DNA of 58,896 nucleotides from an uncultured Candidatus Bathyarchaeia archaeon (GTDB lineage: Archaea > Thermoproteota > Bathyarchaeia > Bathyarchaeales > Bathyarchaeaceae): contig CAZUFG010000001.1 in the NCBI GenBank assembly GCA_964618655.1, positions 1 through 58,896 on the forward strand. Reading direction: 5' to 3'. Positions 35,949-43,488 of this stretch are shown piece after piece (the first letter of the stretch is position 1; each line of letters opens with the position of its first letter). Below the pieces are notes generated by a model. The model was not told the DNA's origin. It saw only the letters and a program-made list of their open reading frames with translations, and made no database searches. The translations under genes were made by a program, and so were the position numbers.

Positions 35949-36878
35949 TCAGACTGCAGGGTTGAATATGTGCGGTGGAACACCATCATATGCGCGATTC
36001 TCGCCAAGATTTCTGGAGATGACGTTGTAGTTTACCAATTCTGGGGGATAGCAGAAAACGAAATCATAACTGCTTCTTCTGAGATCGTTGAAACCAATCA
36101 TGTTGCCTAACATATACGTCTGCGGAGGTAGCGTTTGATTCCATGCAGCCATTGCTATGGCGAATGTCCACCCAATCCAACCTGTCATCACAATTCTGTT
36201 GTGAACAACTTTGTTACCCGTCACCTGCCCTCCCCACGATGACAGGGCGATGCCAGCATTGATGTCGATGCTGACAGGGAAGTCCGCGGTTATTTTGTTG
36301 AAGGCAACAAGATTATCATTGGCTGGAAGATTGAGTATCCAAGATGAGACGATCCAGATTCCTAATCCTCCAGTAGTAAGATTCGTCAGTCCATTTATGT
36401 CATTATATCTTATGACCCATCTGTTGCCACACACGCATGTAACTCCCTGGAAAGGCGCATTCATAATGTTGTGCTCAACAGTCACTTCGTCAACAACTCT
36501 ACCAAAGACTGGCAGGTCCACAAAAAACGTAAATCCGCTTATGGTTGCCCCACTCGAGGTCCATGCCTCAAGAAAGAACCCTATGTTGATTGTGGAATCC
36601 AAACCGTAGGGCGGCCCATCCACGATGACTGCTCCGCCTTCTCCCATGATTTCGACAGACTTGTTCACTATTGCCCCGTAATATTCGCCAGGTCCAACAA
36701 TGATTTTGTCTCCTGGCAGTGCGGAGTTAATAGCCTCTTGAATGGTTGGATAATTATCTGGAACTTTGATTATCTTTGGTTCGGCACCTACTGACACTGT
36801 AGCTATGGTTACGGTCAGCAGAAACACGGTCATTATTGTTGCCAATGCACGTGATGCATTTCTTGTTTCTATTCTCAT
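35949..36878 (-). CDS. Secreted parallel beta-helix (NosD/CASH-like) protein
   Basis: Track ORF 35949-36902 starts at TTG. I prefer ATG 36878 (MRIETRNASRALATIMTVFLLTVTIATVSVGA), which has GAGGA 8 nt upstream. The N-cap motif YPTIQEAINSALPGDKIIVGPGEYYGAIVNKSVEIMG is typical of the family. Confidence 0.7.
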   Translation of the reverse strand: MRIETRNASRALATIMTVFLLTVTIATVSVGAEPKIIKVPDNYPTIQEAINSALPGDKIIVGPGEYYGAIVNKSVEIMGEGGAVIVDGPPYGLDSTINIGFFLEAWTSSGATISGFTFFVDLPVFGRVVDEVTVEHNIMNAPFQGVTCVCGNRWVIRYNDINGLTNLTTGGLGIWIVSSWILNLPANDNLVAFNKITADFPVSIDINAGIALSSWGGQVTGNKVVHNRIVMTGWIGWTFAIAMAAWNQTLPPQTYMLGNMIGFNDLRRSSYDFVFCYPPELVNYNVISRNLGENRAYDGVPPHIFNPAV

Positions 36879-36924
36879 TTTTAAATCCTCTTGAACATTC
36901 AAACAACTATTACGTATGCAGTAG

Positions 36925-36951
36925 TTATATGCCTACTGAAACTATTTTCTA
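36925..36951 (-). promoter_or_regulatory. Island promoter: TATA (ATATAA, 36925-36930) plus box TAGAAAATAGTTTCA (36937-36951)
   Basis: The gap is 6 nt. The TATA box lies 47 nt upstream of ATG 36878. Confidence 0.55.
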
Positions 36952-37008
36952 TAATCTTCCTCCACATCTAAAAGCGCGCGCTAGCTCACGTTACTGAAAG
37001 CGCACACT

Positions 37009-37413
37009 TCACTTCTTTCTGAGCTCGTTGTTTCTGCATGTGTAGCAGCGTAGGCCCTGAATCCAAGCTTGAGAAAGGCGACAGTAAACTTTGCCGTCGC
37101 TTGTAGCTCCGGCTAGGTGAAGCCAACACAACACCCGCATCGGACTAGCAGCAGCAGAATCCAAGTACGTAGCAATCTTCAACTGCGGATTACCCTCACC
37201 ATGACGCCGATTATACTCCTTCACAGCATTCATCAACACTTTACTAAAGCCTCTAGAACCAGCTTCACGCCTAGCGATTTCCCTAAACTGCACAAAATCC
37301 GCCACATCACAAGGCTCAACAGAAAAACTGGAAACAAAAGCCTTCGTCAAACTGGATGCTGATGCGAAAACGCTATGAAGCAAATGGAACAACAAGCGCC
37401 ATACTACAAACAA
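37009..37413 (-). CDS. Small hypothetical protein, possibly ribbon-helix-helix-like at the N-terminus with a Cys-rich C-terminus. The start is uncertain.
   Basis: The 134-aa track ORF has a TTG start and no internal ATG near the N-terminus. SSFSVE-DVADFVQFREIARRE-GFSKVLMNAVKEYNRRH fits a strand-helix-helix pattern. The C-terminus has four Cys (VLCW...VYCRLSQAWIQGLRCYTCRNN). A shorter TTG start (..TKAFVSSFSV) is plausible. Confidence 0.4.
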   Translation of the reverse strand: MFVVWRLLFHLLHSVFASASSLTKAFVSSFSVEPCDVADFVQFREIARREAGSRGFSKVLMNAVKEYNRRHGEGNPQLKIATYLDSAAASPMRVLCWLHLAGATSDGKVYCRLSQAWIQGLRCYTCRNNELRKK

Positions 37414-37541
37414 ACACTTTCAGAGAACATCCATACGAAATAAGCACTATTTTGATAGACCTTCCAGACGCTTCCATAAACATTCTTGTCAAAGGTAACA
37501 ACAAAATAGCTCAATGGCTCTGGAAGCTCATAACAGATGAC

Positions 37542-38321
37542 TTAAAGAGAGGTCAATTTGTCGGTTCCAGAAGGCTGGATGATGGTGGTGTTGCCGGTGC
37601 CTTGGAGCGTTAGGCTCGTATTGATGACTACCTGTTCGTCATAAGTTCCCTCGTAGGCGTATATTGTTTGTCCTGGGGTTGCAGCGTTTACGGCTGCTTG
37701 AATTGTGTCGAAGAAGCTGGCTGGGTCAAGTTCTGCCGTGTTCCAAATGGTTAAGTCAATCTTTACTGGCCAATCACCAACAGAGATTATGACATCGCCT
37801 GGAGTATAGCTTTGGCTAAGATCCCAATCTTCAAAGACGATTACTTCAATATCTGTTGGTCCAATGCCAGCAGGGCGGTTAACGATTGTCTTGATATAGG
37901 TAGTGCTTGAGAAGCCAGGTAGTAAGTAATAGTTGGGAGCACCAACAATCAACTCCAATTGATAGCCTGGATAAAGCGTCGGACACACGACAGGTCCAGC
38001 CGGCCACCAAGTAATGCCATCAAGTGACCACAGAAACGTTAAGTCTGCAGGAATAATTCCCGGACCGACATTTTCTCTGTAGAAAACTCCGGTAAGCCAT
38101 GGTGCTGGTGGGCTTCCACCAACGTTCGTTACAGTTCCCTTTACTGTGACTTTTGAGCCTGCAGTAGCGCCTAGTGTCGCATAAATTTGATTTGCAGCGT
38201 CGTTTACTATTAGGCTTGGCCCAGTTACGCTAGCTTCAACAGGTTTTACGTTTAGTATGAGTGGCATCGTGCTTAAGAGAAGCATTAGAAGCATTGATAT
38301 CGATACTAACTGCTTTTTCAT
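37542..38321 (-). pseudogene. 5' fragment of the split beta-helix/cohesin/dockerin gene: signal peptide, ~190-aa beta-rich domain and the first beta-helix cap, then a premature stop at the insertion boundary
   Basis: 259-aa ORF. Signal peptide: MKKQLVSISMLLMLLLSTMPLILNVKPVEA. It ends ...FFDTIQAAVNAATPGQTIYAYEGTYDEQVVINTSLTLQGTGNTTIIQPSGTDKLTSL*, that is directly after the N-cap motif that opens multi-rung beta-helices in its paralogues. Confidence 0.6.
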
Positions 38322-38370
38322 TTCTCCTTTCTCCTCATATGAGGGTGAACATAATTGTTTTCTAGTGAGA

Positions 38371-38396
38371 TATTAATTTTATGGAAAAATTTTCTA
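38371..38396 (-). promoter_or_regulatory. Island promoter: TATA-like AAATTAATA (38371-38378) plus box TAGAAAATTTTTCCA (38382-38396)
   Basis: The TATA box lies about 50 nt upstream of ATG 38321. SD-like sequence: GAGGAGAAAGGAGAA. Confidence 0.5.
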
Positions 38397-38839
38397 TAAC
38401 CAATTGTTCTAATTTTTTTTATCATTTAATACATAAAACGTGGTCAATGACGTTGCCTAATGGATTGTATCTTATCATTCGATAAATAAAATGAAGTCAT
38501 TTACAAAAAATGTTCCAAAAACTCGCACATAGAATTACATTATTAGTAAAATGACAAAGCTTTATAAATGGAAATCATACACACAGTTAAGCGGGGAAAG
38601 AGGTAGCCATAAAACCAATTGCGCCTGCGCAATAACAGTAAAACCCTTTCTCTTCTCTCCCTTCTCTTTCCCCCACCCTTCATAATCTATGGAAAAGAAT
38701 GTTCTTGTTTTTGGCGAAAATTCCAGCTGTTAAGGTTTTGAATAAACTTTTTCATACCTGTTTAATTATGTCTACTGATTGAAATTTGGCGTGGTAAGTT
38801 TTCATTAAGCTTAATCTAATACTTTGCTGTTAGTTTCAA

Positions 38840-38854
38840 AGAAACTATTTTCTG
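38840..38854. promoter_or_regulatory. Orphan copy of the island palindromic box (minus strand CAGAAAATAGTTTCT), about 50 nt upstream of the TATA box of the wHTH-TM-cohesin gene
   Basis: Its centre matches the 36937-36951 box (AGAAAATAGTTTC). No TATA box sits at the usual offset on the minus strand. This position would suit autoregulation of the divergent plus-strand gene. Confidence 0.35.
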
Positions 38855-38903
38855 AAAGGGCATTTTACACGATTTTTCTCCAACAGTTTTTTTTACACCA
38901 ACG

Positions 38904-38911
38904 TTTATAAA
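38904..38911 (+). promoter_or_regulatory. TATA box (TTTATAAA) of the wHTH-TM-cohesin gene
   Basis: It lies 36-43 nt upstream of ATG 38947. The SD-like GGGGAG lies at 38935-38940. Confidence 0.55.
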
Positions 38912-38946
38912 CACGCGAATTCCCAGCTTTATCAGGGGAGAACTGA

Positions 38947-39783
38947 ATGCCTCAAGTAAGATGTCCACATTGTGGAACAACTATGAATTTGGAGAATCGC
39001 AGAGAAACGGATTTCAGCCTTATTCTAGGGGCGTTACATAGCAGAGAGAGAAGTTTTTCGGAACTGCTTAGAATAACTGGATTGCCTAGAAAAACTCTTT
39101 ACCTCAGACTAAAGGAACTATGCAAGACAGATGCCATTATCAAAAATAAACTATACTACTTGAATGAGGCAAACCCCCATAAAGAATGGGAGAAAAAAAT
39201 AATGCCCGGAAATTCAAGACTACTTAATAACAAAAAAGCAATAGTGCTACTCTTACTCCTATGCATAGGTCTACCAGTAACTACAAACGTTATTGCCACG
39301 TTCTTCCAAAGTCCACCTCCGACGCCCTCTGAACCAGAACCTTTAGGCTACCTCACCGCAATTGTAACAGCAAATAATGTTTCAAATGTTTATGGCTGGC
39401 AAGTGGGTTTACGTTTCAACTCCACAAACCTCAAAGTTATAGACGTTAGACCTGGAGGCTTCCTTACAGAAACAGAACAAAACACCGACGTTGCTCAAAA
39501 TGAGACGTCAGGTTATGAAATTACAAAGAAGACTCTATTCTGCTATAACACGATCGACAGCGACATATTACTTATTGGTCAGACTTTGTTGGGAGAGGAC
39601 ACTTCTGAGACAAATCATAGTGGTCCTTTGGTGATCATAAAATTTGGATACTACTATGCGTATCAAGAACCTGAGCTCATCTTGAATGAAAACCTTGGAT
39701 ATTACAATACAATGCTTCTAAGAGCGGATTGCTCAGAAATCCCACTAAATGAAAACACAATAACCATACGTTGCTTGCCTTAA
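38947..39783 (+). CDS. Membrane-tethered putative transcription regulator: CPHC knuckle, winged HTH (cytoplasmic), a single TM helix, a Pro-rich linker and an extracellular cohesin-like domain
   Basis: 278-aa ORF. N-terminus: MPQVRCPHCG. The wHTH-like segment is RSFSELLRITGLPRKTLYLRLKELCKTDAIIKNKLYYL (about 39004-39172). A basic stretch NNKK precedes the TM helix AIVLLLLLCIGLPVTTNVIATFF (39238-39306). The linker is QSPPPTPSEPEP. The cohesin-like domain reads LGYLTAIVTANNVSNVYGWQVGLRFNSTNLKVIDVRPGGFL...GPLVIIKFGY (39343-39780) and has the same core pattern as the island cohesins. Confidence 0.65.
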   Translation: MPQVRCPHCGTTMNLENRRETDFSLILGALHSRERSFSELLRITGLPRKTLYLRLKELCKTDAIIKNKLYYLNEANPHKEWEKKIMPGNSRLLNNKKAIVLLLLLCIGLPVTTNVIATFFQSPPPTPSEPEPLGYLTAIVTANNVSNVYGWQVGLRFNSTNLKVIDVRPGGFLTETEQNTDVAQNETSGYEITKKTLFCYNTIDSDILLIGQTLLGEDTSETNHSGPLVIIKFGYYYAYQEPELILNENLGYYNTMLLRADCSEIPLNENTITIRCLP

Positions 39784-39846
39784 TTTTCTCCTTTTTTCTA
39801 TTAGTTTAAGATTGTCACACGCTGGAATAATAAAGGAGGAGTTCCA

Positions 39847-41607
39847 CTATTCCGCGATTTTTTTAAGTTGATTTTCATACATTTCAACGATTTCTTTTAC
39901 TGTCGTTGCATCTTCAGCCGCTTTGTCAAGCCTATAGTTGCCTGTAAATCTCGGAAATCTGATAGCCAGCCCGCTTCCTTTACGAATGGCATCAATGGCG
40001 CATGTGTGAATCGGGCTTAATGTTATTTCAGCTCCTAAAATTTCAATTACCACAACGGGTTCAAACCAGACATCCGCCTTAAGTGTGGACTGAACTCTCG
40101 GATGTCGATGAGGTATTCGATGTTTTTCCATCATTTTGGGCAGTTTCGCCAAGTCTTCGTCTGTGAAGCCTGTGCCGCATTTTGTGACTGTTTTGAAGAC
40201 ATCTTCATCTGGGTCGTAGGCGGCTAAAAGTAACGCTCCATATGTTCCCCCTCGTTTTCCCCTTCCATGAAAGGCTCCAACTACCACGAGGTCAACGGTG
40301 TCGGTCATCTCGCTTTTGTAGTCGCGCTTATACTTTATCCAGAGCCATCCTCTCGCTCCGGCTTGGTAAATTGCATCCTCGTTTATTGATTTGCAGACTA
40401 GTCCCTCGCATCCGTTTTCAACGGCTTTTTCGAAAAACCGTTCCAACTCCTCTGGGTTGTCTGTGATTATGTACTCCGCCGTTCTAACACGGTCACTTGG
40501 TTCAATAATCTTCTCAAGATATTTGTGCCTAACAGGATAGGGCTTCAAGGTTAAGTCTTTCCCATCCACGTAAAGAGTGTCAAACATGAAAAGCGAGACA
40601 GGATACTCTTCTATGGCCTTTTTAATGCCGTACTTTCGTCTCCGATGCATCAGTTCTTGAAAGGGTCGCATCTCGCCCGTGTCCGCATCAATGGCGACGC
40701 ATTCTGCCTCCAGAATGGCGTCTTTAGCTCTTACATATTTTGCGAACAATTCGCTACCGTCTGGATATTGATCACTGATATCTTCGAGTCGCCGAGAGAA
40801 GAGAGTAACAGTGTCTCCTTTCTTGTGAGCTTGTATCCTTTCGCCGTCATATTTGAACTCGGCAATGCACTTGCCTCCAAGCTTTTCAAGAATCTCTTGA
40901 GGTGAGCCTAGTCGCTCTGCCAGCATGGGTCGGATGGGCTCTCCGAGCGAAACCTCAAACTTTTTAATGCCTTCGGTTCCTTTCTCAGCCACAGTTTTGG
41001 CTACTCTGCCTAAATCAGAAGAAATGTTATACGCTCGCTCAATGTCTTCTCTGGCTTCTTTTCCGCCGCCATATGCGATGGCTAAGGCGTCGAGAACTGT
41101 CATGTCCGCAATCCCTAATCGCAGTTCTCCTGTGACTGTTCGGAGGAGGTATTTTGCCTCTTTAGGGGTGGCGCTGGTTAACAGCCCAGCTAGAAGGTTG
41201 ATTTTCTGGTCCATGGAGCCTGGACCCGTTGCCTTCGCCATTTTGTCTAGAGTTTCGTATACTTTTTGTACGGTTAGGGGCTCCTGAAAAAGCACAACTT
41301 GGGCTCTCTTTCCCAAGAATTTTTGAGCGGTCTCGCCTAGGTCTCCGCTTTTCTTCATATCTTCCTCGATTTCTTTTTCACTGTGGCCTGTTGCCTTAGC
41401 AACTGCTCGGATGGCTAGCTTCTCAGCAACTCCAATCTCGATTCCAACAAAGTCTGGGTAGAGTTTCCCTTGCGTTAGGTAAACAACTTTATCTATTAGG
41501 TCTTTTGGAGTCTGTTTAAGAAACTCGACTAGATAATCGGTCATTTCCAATCGCTTTGTTGTAGCTTCAATTTTTTCGTAGGCGTCTGCAATACGCGCGT
41601 ACCGCAA
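39847..41607 (-). CDS. lig: ATP-dependent DNA ligase (archaeal/eukaryotic Lig1 family)
   Basis: 586-aa ORF. The adenylation motif is AEFKYDGERIQAH (active-site Lys at about 40853-40855). Further family motifs are EGLVCK, WLWIKYKRDY and LRFPRF. The track start is TTG. Confidence 0.92.
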   Translation of the reverse strand: MRYARIADAYEKIEATTKRLEMTDYLVEFLKQTPKDLIDKVVYLTQGKLYPDFVGIEIGVAEKLAIRAVAKATGHSEKEIEEDMKKSGDLGETAQKFLGKRAQVVLFQEPLTVQKVYETLDKMAKATGPGSMDQKINLLAGLLTSATPKEAKYLLRTVTGELRLGIADMTVLDALAIAYGGGKEAREDIERAYNISSDLGRVAKTVAEKGTEGIKKFEVSLGEPIRPMLAERLGSPQEILEKLGGKCIAEFKYDGERIQAHKKGDTVTLFSRRLEDISDQYPDGSELFAKYVRAKDAILEAECVAIDADTGEMRPFQELMHRRRKYGIKKAIEEYPVSLFMFDTLYVDGKDLTLKPYPVRHKYLEKIIEPSDRVRTAEYIITDNPEELERFFEKAVENGCEGLVCKSINEDAIYQAGARGWLWIKYKRDYKSEMTDTVDLVVVGAFHGRGKRGGTYGALLLAAYDPDEDVFKTVTKCGTGFTDEDLAKLPKMMEKHRIPHRHPRVQSTLKADVWFEPVVVIEILGAEITLSPIHTCAIDAIRKGSGLAIRFPRFTGNYRLDKAAEDATTVKEIVEMYENQLKKIAE

Positions 41608-41660
41608 CGTGCCATAACCCGAGTTAAATAAAGTGATGGGCAGATATTAAAGTTGAATGC

Positions 41661-41969
41661 TTAGTCTTTGGCTAACAGTATTAATCCACAAATGATATTT
41701 ATTACGCCGAGAAAGCCAAGAATGCCAAAGAATAATGGTTCAGACCCCAAAAAAGGAAATTGAGTTCTAGTTAGAATAACGTAGGCGGAGAAGAAGAGGA
41801 AGAAGAAACCAACTGTCGCCATCAAGTAACTTAAAAATCGTCCCAGTCTTGTAGAAATCTTAGAGACCGTATAACTTTCCGCCCCAGTCGTGTCCTTAAG
41901 AAGTTCTTCCCTACGTTTTAGCAAGTAGGGGTCAACCAGAATCTCTTTTTTCTGTTTCTTCTTGGGCAT
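41661..41969 (-). CDS. Small membrane protein (two C-terminal TM helices)
   Basis: 102-aa ORF. The C-terminal half resembles the two small proteins at 43489-43933. Confidence 0.45.
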   Translation of the reverse strand: MPKKKQKKEILVDPYLLKRREELLKDTTGAESYTVSKISTRLGRFLSYLMATVGFFFLFFSAYVILTRTQFPFLGSEPLFFGILGFLGVINIICGLILLAKD

Positions 41970-42028
41970 CTACCACACAGAAGTAGACTGTAACATGAGC
42001 GGTTTTAAAAGTTTACCTCTCGGAGAAG

Positions 42029-43486
42029 TTAGTCGCGTGGTTTGGCGGTGACGTTTAAGACTCCTGCTATGATGGAGACTATGCCGACAATGATCAAAAT
42101 GTAGAAAAGGATGGAACCCGTTCCAATTAAATATGCTAACAAGGGTGTGAGACCCCCCATGCCAAGGCTCATTCCCCCAAGTGCGATGCGGATGCGATAG
42201 TGCCCTATCATTTTGACGTAGTAAGCCAACAAAGCCAAGACGATTAATTCTGCCCCTAACACCAACACGCCTACATCTATGAATACTAGAAGCATAAGCG
42301 AGGTGACTATCCCAGCAATAGGCGTGAAAGGATACAATGGAACTTTAAACGGCCTCTCCAAATGAGGCTTTTCCCTACGCAGTTTCATTAAAGAAAGATT
42401 AACAAAGCAAAATCCTATGATAAAACCGAAGTCAGAGGCGTAGCCGACGAAGTTTATGACCCCTGTAGCAGCGAGCGCGGCCGTAAAAATTGAACCAACA
42501 ATGACAGCCAAATGAGGAGTGCCGAAGCGCCCATGAACCTTTGACAGGACCTTTGGGAAGTATCCGTCTCTACTTAACGCATAAGTAACTCTTGACTGAG
42601 CCATAATTGACGTATTCAAAGTAGACAATGCAGCGATGGTTCCAGCGATCATAACCAATATTGCTCCAGCCGTGCCTAGTGTCTGCTCAGCTACAAACGT
42701 CAATGGCGAGGGCTTATCGCCTAAGACGCTTGGAGAGACAGCGCTAACAGTAACGTATGCGATAAGCGTGTAGAAGATGATTAAAAACACTGCTGACAAC
42801 ATTATGGCTCTCGGAATGGTTTTGCCAGGATTCTTAACTTCAGCCTGTGCTACGGCTATGGCTTCGGCTCCCAAGTAAACGACAAAAATGTATGCTGTTG
42901 CTTCAACTAGTCCACGCAAATCTGGAACAGATAGTTGAAATCCGCCTGTTTGTGGAATGTTTAAGGAAACGCTTCCAATGTATATTATTAACATCGCTAT
43001 CAAGACGACCATCATCGCGACTTCAACTGTTCCCGCTTCTTTCACGCCTCGAATGTTAATCACCGTAAAGATGATGATCGTCAAAATGGCAATTAGGGGT
43101 ATGTTGATTGCTGGTAAAAAGTATGAAACCATGTAAGCAAAGCCCACGGCTGACAGTGCCGCGAAAAACATGTTGCTGATCCATTCAAACCACCCGGTGA
43201 GGAACGAAACGAATCCTCCGTAAGCTATTTTGGCAAAGGTGTATTCGCCTCCAGCGCTCGGGATGGCGGCACCCAATTCTGCGTAGCTGCACATCGTGAA
43301 CAGGTTTATTATTCCGCATAGCGGAAGCGCTATTACGATTGCGGTGCCAGCCAGAGCCGCTGCATGACCGAGCATGACGAAAACGCCTGCAGATATGGCT
43401 CCACCTATTCCTAACATTGTTGCATGTAAAAGCCCTAGTTCCCTCCTCAAGCCCGATTTATCCAAAATCTGCCTCTCCACCGACAT
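42029..43486 (-). CDS. APC-superfamily amino acid permease
   Basis: 485-aa ORF with about 12 or more TM segments. The N-terminal motif LRRELGLLHATMLGIGGAISAGVFV and the segment GAEAIAVAQAEVKNPGKTIPRAI are typical of APC transporters. Confidence 0.85.
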   Translation of the reverse strand: MSVERQILDKSGLRRELGLLHATMLGIGGAISAGVFVMLGHAAALAGTAIVIALPLCGIINLFTMCSYAELGAAIPSAGGEYTFAKIAYGGFVSFLTGWFEWISNMFFAALSAVGFAYMVSYFLPAINIPLIAILTIIIFTVINIRGVKEAGTVEVAMMVVLIAMLIIYIGSVSLNIPQTGGFQLSVPDLRGLVEATAYIFVVYLGAEAIAVAQAEVKNPGKTIPRAIMLSAVFLIIFYTLIAYVTVSAVSPSVLGDKPSPLTFVAEQTLGTAGAILVMIAGTIAALSTLNTSIMAQSRVTYALSRDGYFPKVLSKVHGRFGTPHLAVIVGSIFTAALAATGVINFVGYASDFGFIIGFCFVNLSLMKLRREKPHLERPFKVPLYPFTPIAGIVTSLMLLVFIDVGVLVLGAELIVLALLAYYVKMIGHYRIRIALGGMSLGMGGLTPLLAYLIGTGSILFYILIIVGIVSIIAGVLNVTAKPRD

Positions 43487-43488
43487 CG

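Larger units (their letters stand above)
34570..37544. other. 2975-bp insertion segment splitting the beta-helix/cohesin/dockerin gene, flanked by the 5-bp direct repeat AAGAG (34565-34569 and 37545-37549)
   Basis: Removing 34570-37544 plus one AAGAG copy joins ...IIQPSGTDKLTSL (end of 37542-38321) in frame to GTQAGAFWNGQELASIISVENVGTAGV... (start of the 3' fragment). The joined sequence aligns without a gap to the internal paralogous segment IVQGSGSFTTNYGTREAVIFVENAVV. I found no terminal inverted repeats, transposase or integrase. Confidence 0.6.

Noticed and set aside
34570-37544. Calling the insertion an IS element or integrated provirus
   Set aside because: No transposase, integrase or terminal inverted repeats were found. 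The only support for mobility is the 5-bp direct repeat and the in-frame reconstruction. I therefore annotated it as an insertion segment, not as a mobile element.
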